64,000 bases of DNA from Catajapyx aquilonaris (GCA_000934665.2 KZ538057.1:62001-126000), one strand, 5' to 3'. Numbered from the stretch's first letter, positions 51,101-64,000 are shown. The notes: generated by a model not told the origin, from the letters alone. Program-made: numbers and translations.

Positions 51101-52098
51101 AATACTATTGTAAGTCACAAAATAATAGTTTTATAGGAAAAATATTTAAGTTTTCTGCTGTGCACAGCTGAACATACGATAATTTCGTTCTAGTGATGTC
51201 ACAAGCACATGGTGGAAGGTGGACTTGAAATAAAAATTCAGCAGATACGTCTCTTGACATAGAATATGGTGGTGGACTTACCCTGAAATCGAATTTTTTG
51301 GACTAACTATTGATCTCACCCGACGAGTCATAAGGGTAATAAGTAAAGAAAATCCACAATTGTATCACTTATATGTATAAATAATAATAGTACCAGTTTT
51401 ACATTGTCACATTGCATCTTTATGCATCTTTATTGCATCACTTATGGGGTTTAGAGGTGTGCTTGTTTAACATGTATGGTGTCAATCTTGAAGGGTTGCC
51501 TCTATAATTCGAGTAATTGCTTTCAGACCCGCGCATCGAAGAGACGGAGGAGCAGGCTCAGCATTCCGCTTATGGTGATGAGGACTGCTGCTTCAAGGAG
51601 TGCCACCTGGAAGGGAAGAAATCACCCAAGTGTCCCCCTCCACGGTGCATAGCGAGGCAAGCTGATGTATCCTCACCGCTGTGTGCTGGAGAAAAAGGGT
51701 GTGACGCCATGGTGGGAAAGGCCATTAGCAGTGGGACATGCCAGCAGAGGGCTCTGCCCCTGTTGCTGCTGGGCATGGTGGGTGCTTGTGCAGGAGTGTT
51801 TCTGAGGCTCAGTGTGACCCTCAGGCAGAGGAGGATGGGGAGGAACAGGCGGGTAGGGAGGAGGAAGGGGAGAGTGAGATATAGTGCGCGAGAGTGTAGG
51901 TGGAGGAGAACCAGGAGGAGGAAAGGGAGGAGGTGGAGGTGGTGTAGCAGGTGGAGGAGGAGGAGGAGAACAAGAAAGAGGAGGAGGAGGAGGAGGAGGA
52001 GGTGGAGGACCAACATTACCGCCGGCGCCACACATTGTTGTTGCTGTTGTTGTTGTTACAGGACGCCCCAGGGAAAGAGGGTGCCTCAGAGCAGCTGA
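21152..52098 (+). CDS. NALF1: NALCN channel auxiliary factor (FAM155/NLF-1/Mid1 family), ~498 aa
   Basis: Exons 21152-21895, 48393-48573 and 51527-52098 with compatible phases (0, 1). Signal-like segment WALLALALQLG; Cys-rich domain FDALLERFDCAQEYSVCFGCDHCQRAYRLWSC...PCREFCQKVERRCPYFLP...YAGEPTFLC; C-terminal hydrophobic segment. The start codon is uncertain. Confidence 0.9.
29595..30100 (-). mobile_element. Possible highly decayed pogo/Tigger-type DDE transposase relic
   Basis: Translated segments SGSIFFPKW, RPTVILAGY and FISGIIAACIFPL loosely resemble, in the right order, the DDE_1 motifs SGWMxxxxFxxW, RPVLLILDGH and IxxGFxxxGIFP. The match is weak and from memory. Confidence 0.3.
43350..43389 (-). 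mobile_element. Very short 5'-truncated retroposon insertion with 14-bp TSD
   Basis: TTAATGCTATACTA occurs at 43336-43349 and 43390-43403, flanking a 40-bp insert with a (TAAA)-like tail on the minus strand. Confidence 0.55.
47491..47652. mobile_element. 162-bp Tc1/mariner-type MITE
   Basis: TA|CAGTGTTGGACGTTAATCAAGGCATA...TATGCCTCGATTAATGTCCAACACTG|TA, with imperfect inverted arms of about 65 bp. Confidence 0.85.
49880..50025 (-). mobile_element. Old diverged SINE copy retaining a tRNA-like head
   Basis: On the minus strand, A-box-like TGGTGCAATGG and B-box-like GGTTTAATCTC are followed by sequence alignable to the 3880-3975 SINE body. Confidence 0.6.
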
Positions 52099-55000
52099 CC
52101 CCCCCTGTCTGCGCCGCCGGCGACCACCTAACAGACACATTGCCAACAAATGTACACCTTTCCCACCCTGTTCCCCTCCTCTCACCACTGCCCCCACCAC
52201 CCCTTCCACCCGCCCCCAAAACTCCAAACTCACAACCGAGGGACTTTCAGAAGGAGAGATAACATAATGACAAAATGGCCATAAATAATATGTTGTTGAT
52301 GACAATGATCCTGCACTGTCAGTACAGGTCAGGTTGATGAAAATATGTATGTTAATTTAATTCGTTTGCTTCACCACAAGTTTGTAAAGTTAATGGTGAA
52401 CTCTGGACAAAGTCCCAAAAGTGCATTTGACGGAAATTAAAATCCATGTGATAGGTAGGGTATAGCCTTATATTGATAGGTGTAGGTCATAGTTGATTGC
52501 ACTATGGAATATGTGATATGGAGCAATGGCAGGATTTTTTAAAATGAAAGAATTGTGTGTTATGTTTTAAAAGTTGGCGTACTTGGGCCTTTGTGCGTAT
52601 TGACTTCCATTTCAATTGAACTATGTGATGAAAGGGTTTCAAATTAACAGTGAAGCTTTAAGTAACAGAGTAGTGTGGTAATGCAAACATTTTTAAAGAG
52701 TTTTAAAAAGCACTGACTTTCCAGAAGCAAAAAGAGAGAGAATAAAGTCAGTTTCAATGGGCTTGTTAAGAGTTCACCAAATGTTTCCACAAGGATTCAA
52801 AACTACCGATAGATGGTGCAGGTTTACATGTTGTTTCGGTGCAATGTTTGATGTCGTAGGAAGTTGTTTTACAATTAATATAAATTGCACCTCGGACGAA
52901 TAATTTTCATATTTGAAATGATTGAGAGGATAAGAATACCATCAGTTATATATCACCCGTTAAAAAAGCAATAAGTGACGATTTCATATGTTACTGCAGA
53001 CATTTGAACATTTTCTAACCCAAATGAAGATAAGAGCATGAAAGAGAGGGAGAGAGAGAGGCAGAAAAAAAGCGAGAGAAAGAGAGAGAGTGCGAGCGAG
53101 AGCAAAGCGGCATTTCTTGATGATGATGATGATAAAAAGAATTGCAAATAACGCACAAACCCCACCTTCCCCCAGCTCTCCTTTTTAAGATATGTGCCAA
53201 TGGTTCCTGATTTTAAAGAGGCAGGTTCTGCAACTTAGATGAAATTTCCTCAAATGGACAAGGGGGACGTTTACATTACGTATAGGTAGAAGGGTATGCA
53301 CCGTGCTCACACGGGACGCTGGCCCTCCCTTTCCACCGTGAACTCCTGAACCCCTGAAACCCAACCTCCTCCACTGACCTTCTCAAGGAAAGGCTTTCAT
53401 TTCGCCGGCTGGACGCATGAACTTGGATAAAAAAAATATAAACTTCCCTCACCTCAAGTCCCTTAAAAGGAGAAGCCATAAAATCCCACCTATGCGAAGA
53501 AAAGAAATTTAAAAGTGAGTGTGCTAATGAGTGAAGAAGAATGGTTGGAATGTGGAGAAGAGTTATGACACAAAAAAAGAAAAAGAAATAAGCTGAAAAA
53601 AATGTTAAAAACTGACAAAAAAAATGTTGTGGAATTGCTGCAGAGATGATGTGAAGAGAGTTCCTCTGCATCTTTGTTTTCTTTTTTACCAGAGGGGCAG
53701 GCAACCTTTGTGACCTCCACACCTTTGGCCCTTTTAGTCCTCAAGCCCACCCCTAAAAGGAGAAGAAAAAAAAGGTTGTTCCCTATTCACTTTTACCTCC
53801 CTCTCCTTAAAAAAAAGTATTTCCCTTGTTACTGCCCCCCTGCAAAATAATCCTGTTGTTAATGTTGGAGTTAGACTAATCCTCATCATCCTTAATTGCG
53901 CCTCCCCTCCCAAGCCGTCCACTAGTCCCTCATCCTTCCCCTTCCCTCTTCTGCTTCATTTTTCTGATCTCTTGGCCCACCATTGCAAGGATCACACGTG
54001 AACATTGTTGTGAAAGTGAATATTTTGGTAGATTGGCTCACTAACCGAACTGGTGTTGATTCTTGCAAAGGCCAGCAACTTCTTTGCATTCTCATGTCTT
54101 GTACCCTCATACCGCCCCCACCAAGAAAGAAAAAAAAAACCCTGCTGTCACAGGCTGATGCACAAGGTTGCAGTTTTATCTCAGGTCAAAGTGGGTCACT
54201 CGAGAATGGCAAAAAAAAAAAGTCCATTGAAAGGTTGACGCAGGGTTTGTCCTGTCGATTTGTTTTCAACCCCCCCATTAGCCAACCAAATGATGACTCC
54301 CATTTCCCTTCTTACCAAAGAGAACCGCACTTGTTGTAGAAAAAAAAAAAAAATCGAGCGTTATGTTATCCTAAGGTATTAAAACCACCGAGACAAAACA
54401 CGTACAATAACTAAGTTGTAGTCTGTACAGGAACCCAACTATTGTAAATGCATGTGAATATCACGGAGTCAGGGCTGTTTTCCAAACCTGAAAAAAGCAA
54501 CTGGCAACCACTTTAAAAAAAAGAAAGAGACTCACATAATGTGAGGCATGTGTGCGTGTGTGCATGCTTTTTTTGGACACCAAGCAACCAAAAAATGGAA
54601 ACAAATCGTAATTATACCCAATATAAGTGAAAAAAGTTAACTAGGAGAAACGGTTATTAAAAAGGAGGGGGGGATACATACGACCACTTTGCCCCAATAA
54701 GTCCAATCAATTTCTGATTAACCCCGATTCTCCTCCTCCCTCGTCAGTAACCCCCCTTTTTTCCTGCTCCAACTGTGTCCCCCCTTCCCACTCCGCCTTC
54801 CTAAATCCCAAGTTAAAATTGGGTGTCTGCTGGAATGCGCCTGCTGAATGGATTGATAGATGGTCGATTTTCTGGGGAGAACTGAACAGATTTGGCAACG
54901 CTGCACTCCCTTTCAAATTGATCCACTTTTGTGAGACTGCAAAGGAAAGCTTGCTCTTCCTCCTTTACGGAATTCCTTACGTTTTTTTTTCTCTCCCCGC

Positions 55001-55590
55001 CCCTCCACCTTTCGTCTTTGCCCCCCAACCCACTCCACTTGAGATGGGAACATCAGTTAGCCAGAAAGATGGAGACCAAACTCTGCATTTGAATTAGGAG
55101 CTCTGTTCAGACAACGGGACACGAGTGATGCCATAGATGGTTGTCCAATTGTGTTAACTTTACGAGAAGAGCAATGCCATGGCATCTGTTTTTACAATTG
55201 GTTTTTAGAAATGATGTCATGAGCTTATTTGCATAAAATAGGAAATACGGGCATTTAACTCGGATCAATTCACTGCACGGGTGTACCCAAAGAGCTTCCA
55301 AAAAAAAACAATTCCAGCTTTTTCTATTTCCTTTTTTTAAATTTCCAGTCCCTCTCAATATTCCATGACTCCCAAAAAGTGAGGTGCAGGTAGCAACCTG
55401 ATGTGTTGTTGACATAGTGCAGTTGACAATAAATGCAAAACTTGGCGGAAAGGGACTTACTTCTTTGGCTTAGTAAAACGACTCCAGAGGAAAAAGATGG
55501 GTAGAAAAACTTTATTCACAAATAATTTGTTAGGTATATAATATGTTTGGTTGCTTTGGCACACATGGCGATTTTAGGAACACATGCTGG

Positions 55591-56714
55591 TCACACATTC
55601 TTCACTTCCTCCAGATCCTTGAGCAGAGCAAAATTCATTCCGTCGCCTGGGAGAGGCGAATCCACAAATGGCATGAACCAGACGGCCAGCCACCGCTTTC
55701 CAAGCACTTCTTTGAAATTTCTCTTTGGACCCAAATCAAATTGCCTCACATTGTGCTTACGCTCATACAACGTCTGTCCCCTGAAAGGAGAATTTATTGA
55801 AATTGGCATACCCTTGATTGTAGGAATATCCATACCTGTAGATTGAAGATAGCTGCAAGCCCAACAGATAAGTAGTCATTACGAGAGAGACCATGCCCAT
55901 GTCGTGAAGGACGAGCGTCATAAATTGGAACAGTGAAACTTGGCGAAAAACAAGTGCAAAGTGTGGTGCGAGCAAGCACAGCAGGAATCCAACTAAGGAC
56001 TTTTCAGATGTCCCCATGGCAAAATCCCAATGATAGATGACCCCATAAGCTGCCCCGACCCATATGTAGAAGAGGCCAACAAGGTAGAAGCGGTGGTTGC
56101 GATGTCCAATGCAGAGACCTGGAATGCAAGGTATGAGCACATTAAATTACCTGTAAAAATTAGGAGACAATACGGGACATACCAAAGAAGCGGCAGTGAT
56201 GGTCTCTCTTTAGGACGCACTCGTTGCATATTTTGCAGTGGTATGAACGAGGCGGAAGATTCAGTTCACATCGAGAGCAGTAGTGCCAGCCTATAATAAA
56301 TTGACTGTAAACGTACTGATCAACCGTATACTTAGGTCCTTTGGATTGCAGGAAAGAGAAACAGGAATGAAATGGTTAACTTCAATATTGAGTGGTTTGC
56401 ATGAACTCCCGTTAAATTTGACTAAGCAGATATTCACCAATATTGATGGTATGAGGCAGCTTAACGACCTTCCCGCTGGGGTCTGTTCGCAAGGCCCTCA
56501 GGACATTGCCAGCTATGCTTCCAGCCACAAATACGGCTACGAAGATGTGCCAGGCAGCTTCAAGGCAGAAGTGGTTGTGGTAATAGGGCAGCACAACCCC
56601 GCACAGCCATCCTACGCCAAAGGGAATGCCAAGAACCATCACCGCAAACATGGACCGATCTTTCCCATCCTGTGGGACCACAGACCGGGGCCTGGGTACT
56701 TGCTGGGGCAGCAT
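55591..56714 (-). CDS. ZDHHC24: DHHC palmitoyltransferase, ZDHHC24-like (285 aa)
   Basis: Exons 56714-56438, 56290-56183, 56118-55836 and 55780-55591. Motifs: GWHYCSRCELNLPPRSYHCKICNECVLKRDHHCRFFGLCIGHRNHRFY and C-terminal RGQTLYE...FDLG...NFKEVLGKRW...SPLPGDG. DHHC family membership is certain; the subfamily is assigned by motif and size. Confidence 0.88.
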
Positions 56715-57277
56715 TCTGGTTGTGTTCCGCACTCTGAAATGTTGGATTATTTATTACTCCCCATTCAGGTATGTCCTCCCTGTAATGCATTTTCAGTGCT
56801 ACAAAATTCAGTTGCTGTCTGTACCTGCTGCTCCAGCTGTCTGGGTTCAGAGTAGAGGCTTTAAAGTTGAGCAGCACATGATGGGACAGGTGTAACAAGG
56901 TCCTGGTGCACAGCAAGTGGTAATAATGTCAGCTGAGTCTGTCTACCCTGGACCAAGATGGCGCCAATGAGTCTGCCACCAAATTCAAATGTGGGACACA
57001 CTGTAATGGCAAAGAACAGAAAATAATGGAAAAAAAGACAGACACAAGGTATAAATTATTTACTGTCACATTCTTGTACAAAAAGAGAGCGAGAGGAATG
57101 TATTGGTGTACCTAAAATGATTAGTGCATTACCACAAAATTTACAAAATAGCATCCATCACGGAGTACTGGAGGGTATTTTTTGGCACAGTTGTTCCCTG
57201 ACAGCATTGTTGTGGTCGTTAAAAAGGAGACTCTTCCTGCCATTGTTCTTACAAAAAAGACATGAATTGATTGGTGA

Positions 57278-60200
57278 TCACATTTTGTTCTTGGACTTCT
57301 TCCTCAGTAAGGTCAAGTTGTCCTTGGCACTCTTCAGCCCAGGGTCAATTTCCAGTGCCTTTTTATACTCCGCCTCTGCTCTGGCGTACTTCTTCCAGCG
57401 ATGAAAAAGTACTCCTGCAATGACAGGTGCACTCAGCTTATGCCATTAAATGAAATACTCTAACAACCAAGTGAACCAACCTAGATTTGCATGATAGAGT
57501 GCGCTGGCAGGCTTCAATCGAATGGCTTCCCTAAAATGCATCTCCGCTTCCACAAATCGGCTGGCCTTTCCCAAAACATTGGCCAGATGGAAGTGGATGC
57601 CTGGTTCATCCGGAAGGTGACTCAGGGCCTCCTGGGCCACCTCCTCAGCTCTGGTGTCACCAATGCTATCCATCATAATGACCATGTTGTTCCAGGCAAT
57701 AGCATGCTTTGGGTTCAGTCTGGTGGCCTCTCTCCACGCATTATGTGCTTCTGAATAACGTTTCTGCTCTAGAAACTAATGAAAATGGCTAGTCAATAGT
57801 TTTCAGGATTGACAACACACAACAACTATGAGACTATCAACAATGTTCTGTAATATTGCTACAGCCATGTGGCATTACTAGATTGTGTACCTAATCTAAT
57901 GACAGATTGTAACACAGTGTGCTACTAGTAGAAAATTTACCTACCAAGTTTCCGAGATTGTAAAATGTGTCCGCAGACTTCCGCCTGTGACTAAGTGCCA
58001 TGAGATAGCTGGCTTCGGCCTCACCAAATCTCCTCTGTTGTGACAAGACTATACCAAGGTTCATCCAAGCTGCTGCAAAATCTGGTCGTATGCGTACAGC
58101 TCTCTTAAGGTGTATCTCAGCCTCTTCCAAACGCCCGGCATCTTTGAGTATGTTTGCTAAGTTGTTCATGGCCTGGTTGTACTCGGGATTCAGCCTTCAC
58201 ACAAAAAAAGAAATGTGTTCAGTTTGTGCTGTTACAATTAAAATGATGTTTCCTACCGTAGTGCTTCCTGGTATTCTGCCATTGCCAGAACTTTGTCTCC
58301 TGCATCTGCTGCATTTTTTGCAATATTGTAGTGCACTTTTGCATTGTTAGGACAGACAGATAGTCCAGAGGCGAAGAGAGTTGATTCAGAACGCCACTCT
58401 GCACTGCGAACCACTGAACGGAATCCCAGGAGGGTTACCAACCAGCACATGCATAGCTGAAAAAATGTAATTAAATTGTTATTTAAGGTCATTAATTTTC
58501 ATCAGCATTTAACATGTGAAATTCAAATGAAACAAGACCACCTTCGCACATACCATGAGCAAGTTGCGTCCAAGAGAACTGTTGCGCATTGCAATTGCTA
58601 ACTTTCGCAATCCACTTGTGACCAGAAGACACCCTCCAACAGATGGCACGTACAAAATTCGCTCAGCTACAACAAATCCCACCCGAAAAAATACATTGCT
58701 TGCCGGGAGGAATGGAACCACCAGAAGCACCAACCCAAGTGCAACGCCCCTGAAATAAATGTTTACGGAGTCACATCTAATGGCACTTTTGACATATTTC
58801 AAAAACATCACCAAATGCCTCTACCTGCGTTGAGTTTCATCCTGGCTCCAAGCAGCTTTGAATGCAAGTCCTGCCATCACAACCCAGAAGGCGATGATAC
58901 CACCAATGCGAGGATCCATGAGGGTCTCGACCAGAGGGATACATCCCATGGACCAGTCAAAACAGAGCCACAAGGGGCATAGGAGTATCCAACAGTTGAG
59001 CACATATAGGTGTTGGTATGTCAGCACCTGCACTAGAAACAGTTTCCATTCATTAAGATTTCATATACAGAGCATCAAAAGAGGTCTGGCTCTAATGTGT
59101 GCCGAATGGTCCAAGATCATGCTAAAAAAGGCTGTTATGTTACAAAATCAGACATTATTAATCAAATGCCGTACTGCAGTGGTTCTAATTCTTTATTTGA
59201 ATTTTACTGGCAAATGTCAATGGGAATGTATGTCAAGAGTCTGTCATTAAATTTTTTCTTCATTTCATAAGACTTAAAAGTCTGAGGAACATGGCTGTAC
59301 TACTATCCGCTTAAAATCATGACAGGGACTCACCCTAACAAGAAAACTCTCCGAAAAGGAAGCTGGGTTGTCCACCTTCTGGAATTCTGGAGCACATGAT
59401 CCCATGATCCACCACCGGAACAGCAGGAGTGAAGACCCACCTGCAAGCAGCACAAGCTGACGAGATAATAGGAGTCGCCTGTTGCCATTGCGACGATATG
59501 CAACCAGCATGTCATATCCAGCACACACACCCTGCATTGAAACAGAAGAATTAATACATCATCTAATTCCAATTAACCTGATTAGTACACTAACAATAGC
59601 TGTAATCCCCTGCTCCTTGCAAAGCAGCGACAATGCAGTGAAGGCAACACTGATCACGGCCAGTCCAACACTGGCTCCAAAGCTGCCTCTGTCCGTAGCT
59701 TGCACATACACCAGGAAAGCACAGAGAAGCAACCCTGCCATGAGTAAGTCTGCCCTGCCCACCACTGCCGCCACAGCCTCAGTGTGCACAGGATGGACAG
59801 CAAACAACAGGGCACACAAGAACGACCAAGACGAATCTGCCTCTGGCCCAAAAGCAGCCTCAAACACCGGTAGAGCCAGCACGGAAACAGCTGCATGAAG
59901 GATAACATTGGCAATGTGGAATGCATACGGGTGCAGCCCACCGGCGTACATGTGGCTCCACCGGTATGTGAGGACAGTGAGTGGTCTGAAGGACTTGTGG
60001 CTTCCATTGTGGGTGAGTCTTGTCCCCCAGAAGTCATTGTGCAGGAGGTTCCAGACGGAAGTGGCAGGGAGGACATCCGCATTGTTCAGGACAGCCTCCG
60101 TGTCATCAAACACAAAGGAGGCTTCCAGTGTGTTGACGTAGCAGGCCAGGGCAGCAGTACCCACCAGGGCATAGCGGAACATGTGGTTCACATCTGATGG

Positions 60201-60429
60201 CAGAAGTAATAGTTCAGTCAGCATGTCACGCAGGTATACTGCGACGATTATTTTTCTGGTAAATGACATGTAATGAAAGTGCCGTACGTGGCAATGGCAG
60301 CCCATCGTCATTGCTCTCTCTGCTGGTCTGCTGCTTTCCAGAGAGGGTCCTCCTCCTCTGGATGGGATGGTGGGGCACCACCACCCCGTTCCTCCCGAGC
60401 AGGTGCTGCCCTTTGCTGGTGGGGGCCAT
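57278..60429 (-). CDS. TMTC4: Protein O-mannosyltransferase TMTC4 (~739 aa)
   Basis: Nine phase-compatible exons: 60429-60288, 60193-59595, 59531-59334, 59027-58825, 58749-58554, 58456-58257, 58194-57945, 57775-57481 and 57414-57278. Motifs [60 protein letters not shown] and [11 protein letters not shown], followed by TPRs. Confidence 0.94.
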
Positions 60430-61416
60430 CCCCGCCCGCCCTGTCTCCCTCCTCGCGTCTGTGGTGCCAGGGAGGGGCCGTCAGTCGGGCACCGTCGCCC
60501 TCAGCTGACCACACGCCATCTTCGCCGGACCAACCATCCGACGAGGTGGTTGCGGTCGACGGGGACAGGTGGCTCTCTTATCCGGCAGGTGCACAGGTGA
60601 GGCTGGACACTAGCGACATCTAGGGCCAGGGCAATTCGGAAAATTGCGGGCATTTCGACTCCTCCTGAAGCTTAATTAGCTTATTAGGAAGAAGCCAAAG
60701 CAACTGTGGCTATAAGATGATGCAAATGTGGGTCAGATGGATAAGAAACTAAGAGAGAAAAAAAACCTGGGTTTGAAATACTTTTCTGAAACTTACAAGG
60801 TTCGTTGCACATACACTTGATTTATTTTATTACCCATAACATTTAGACATTTAAATTAGTACATTGAGCACATTTTACAAGAATAAATACACAAAGCGTA
60901 CAAAATAACCAATGGCCCACCTTAACCATTGCAAAAGTCTATTTGCAGGAATTTTTTATTGTGGCAGAGGAGCAACTCGATAAATCCGAGCCGTACTGTT
61001 TCTGTAAAGACGGACACTGAATCAGTGGTATTAAATGATGGATTGAGAGCTCCTCAGTAGATCAACTTGGGCAATGCAAGTTACCTGAAGAAACTGATTC
61101 AATCATTACATTGATTTCATAGTTGATTTGTTTTCAGTTTGGTAAATTTCAAGCAGAGAAACAAAATTACTTTCAAAAATATGAAATGTCACTTCCATCC
61201 TGTAGAAACTGGTAAATGCATGTTGGGAATTTCCTTCACCCCATCAGAAATATGCACTAAGCATGCAGTGAACCCTTAAAATTATCTAAATCAGATTTAA
61301 CGAGTTGCAGCTCTACCATAATAAGAACCCATATACATACATGAACCAAATAAATATGCAGCTATAAAAATACTGTACTGGCATGTACAAGTGTCATATG
61401 AGTATTCACAAACAAT

Positions 61417-62622
61417 TCAGTCCTTGAGGAAGCGAGCATGGTGCTGGAAATGCTCCATTACAAAAGTACTAAGGAAGTAATAGCTATGTCCATACCCCTC
61501 CCTGTAATTAAGTTGCAGAGGATACCCAGCCTTCTGGCAAGCCTCTTCAAACGCCTCTGGCTGCATGGTGCCATCTTTGTAGTACCTGTCAGCAAGTCCT
61601 TGGTCTATCAGGATCTTTACCTTTGGGCCATCATATTTCGACACCAGCTCTGTGGAATCATACTCCTTCCATACCTCAGGGTCATCTCCCAGGTACTTTT
61701 TGAAAACCATGTTTGCCAGCCTATTGGAAGTGGGATGGCACGGAGGTGCAAATGCAGAAACAGAACAGTATTTACCAGGTGTCTTCAGAAACAAGATCAA
61801 TGCTCCATGGCCACCCATGCTGTAATTTACCAAATTGCATTACTGATTACCGCATTGAACAAATCACAACAGAGTGGGAAGGACTTACCTATGGCCCATG
61901 ATTGACTTCCGGCCTGGCAGTACAGGAAAATGCTTATTAATTACTGCTGGAAGTTCCTCAGTGACGTATGACAACATCTGGAAGTGGTCTTTGTAACTTG
62001 GCTCAGTGGCATTCAGATAAAAGCTGGCTCCTTCACCTGTACGCAGTTCTTCTGGGGAATCTTCTGTGAAACCTGCACATATGAAACACGTGCAGTAGTA
62101 CCTTTATGATTCACTTTCTTTGATCCAAATACGTACGTGGACTAGTGTCTGCTGATACTACAGCAATCCCATGTTCACAAGCATACGGTTGCATGCCAGA
62201 TCTCTCAGGAAAAGTGTTTTCATCACACTGCCATCCTGGTAGAAAGTATAAGACTGGCACCTTTTCAGTCTCTGCTAGTGGAGGAAGGTAGATGGAGAAT
62301 TTCATCACGGATTTGGTGAAGCAACTGCAAAACATGTGCAATGAAAAAAAATTATTCTCAATTTCATTCTTTGAAGAACTTTCCATTAGCATTTGCTTCA
62401 ATTTCAGCAGTTACGTCAATTACATGGGAAATGAACTACCTCTGGTTGTGTAAAACACTTCAACACAACATTTGGCAATAATAATGAAGTGTTCGTGAAA
62501 TTTACCTGCGGTGACTGTACGAAGCTTGATATCCGCCAAAAGCCTTGCTTTTCTTCAGTTCAGTCAGGACAGGGTCACATTGGTTGACATGTGTTGTCCC
62601 ATTCAGCCGCAGTGAAGCTTTC
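61417..62622 (-). CDS. ESD: S-formylglutathione hydrolase / esterase D-like protein (divergent; start unresolved)
   Basis: Exons 62622-62506, 62324-62137, 62072-61889 and 61819-61417. Motifs [38 protein letters not shown] (Ser codon split by an intron), SVSAFAP, IDQG..D and HSYYF. Confidence 0.88.
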
Positions 62623-64000
62623 CTGCAAGCGAAGGTCCAAAATGAATACAATCTTGATTACAACAGATTCTGAAAAGCATGCACAGCAAAACTACAAATT
62701 GACTTGAACCCTAAAAACTAAAACCATGTCTAACTTTCCTCATTTTTCGCAGCTAAAATATTGACAACATCCTGCGCTGTACTGGCACACTTCTACAAGC
62801 ACTCTAGAATAGTTACGAGATGTTTAATCTAGTCACTCCCAATTTTTCCTGATATGATGTACGGTAATACACACTACATCGCACTACATTGAATAATCGT
62901 CGGGATTGCACAAAAGTTCCCTTGCAATGCAAATTTCTGCTGTATTAGTTATTAGTTACAGCAATAGTTTTACCTTGAAGAGGTAACACTTCACCATTTT
63001 GATGTCAGATTTACGTAATTAAGGTGATTAGATTTACACGTGGATTTGTGGCCGGATATAGAATTTACGTAACTATTATTCCTTTTGATCACCAGTGCAC
63101 ATTATACTTACACTGCTTGCTGTGCAGTGGTTTCCATGCTAGGTGTTCTATACTTCTGCTTCACCGCTCCTCTTCTCTCCCGAAGTGGGCACCGAAGTGT
63201 GTGTTCAGGGGTCGGCGGGGACGAGCTGCCTAGGTGTCGTCACCGGTTGTTACGTCAATCCGACGTCCTGCTCCTTTCCCATGGCGCGACGGGTTGGTTA
63301 TGTAACCCGGAGGCCCCCCTGTAATTCGCACGTCATCTGCGCGCTGACATTTGCACTCTTCATCCGGAGGACTGGCGGCGTGCACATCAGCCGGGTTTTG
63401 TCTGCGGTGGCGGCGTGCCAACAGGGAAAAAAAGGCCTACATATCCCCAGATGTAATTAATTCTACTGCTAATTTAGCCTCAAATTAGCGTAATAAGCGG
63501 GTGTAATTGTGCCACAACATGAGTTCGAATTAGTTTTAGCCGGTTTTAGCTGTCCGTGCGTGTGTCCGTGCAACCTGCTTATTCAGCAACATTTTCGGCG
63601 GCGACGGCGAATTTTGACGCCATCTTGTGAGCATTAATTTTTTTAAATTATAATTACCATACAATATTAGTAACTAATATTACTATATTTTTAACGTATA
63701 TAAAAACTGTACTTTTTGCTACAAACCGGTCATTTAATATTTCCGCTCACCTGTCTCCCCTGCCTTTACATAATAAGTAGCTAGTTAACTACTAATTAGT
63801 TGCAGTACGAAAACTATTTTAAAAACTGGTTCCTTAATAGTGCGGGTGATAATTATAACCGGGGTTTGAGCCCCGTATTTGCATGGCTGCCTGGCCACCT
63901 TGTCCCGCCCGTTCGCGGACCGTATTTGTCGGTTACGTTTCTTTTGTGGCTCAAATATATTTATACAAGTGTGGCTCGATCTGTTCCATGTGCCTTGCTC

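Noticed and set aside
51570..52305. Poly-Pro, poly-Gly, poly-Leu and poly-Glu ORFs
   Set aside because: Alternative frames of (AGG)n low-complexity sequence in the last NALF exon.
56151..56182. Alternative ZDHHC24 acceptor at 56151
   Set aside because: It would leave a 32-nt intron and shift the frame; the 56119 acceptor restores FFGLCIGHRN.
1..64000. CRISPR arrays, rRNA genes or prokaryotic operons
   Set aside because: None seen; the window is intron-containing eukaryotic DNA.

Overview
Gene-dense eukaryotic genomic DNA with GT-AG introns. It is probably from an arthropod; the TCTP looks insect-like, which is my inference. Genes from left to right: TCTP (-, last exon not found in the window), whose introns each appear to carry a box H/ACA snoRNA; a (+) cluster of five intact, mutually divergent GFRP-fold-like small ORFs plus two degenerate copies, interleaved with ANKRD39; LAMTOR4 (-), head-to-head with an NALCN auxiliary factor gene (NALF/FAM155/Mid1, +, 26.5-kb first intron rich in repeat relics and palindromes); then a tightly packed (-) trio of ZDHHC24-like, TMTC4 and a divergent esterase D. 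The most interesting signal is the GFRP-like cluster. Splice donors sit right at or just after the stop codons of ORFs A, B and C, which would chain them with ANKRD39 into one spliced polycistronic mRNA. All gene models and family calls were made by hand from splice signals, reading-frame continuity and remembered family motifs; no database search or folding program was run.
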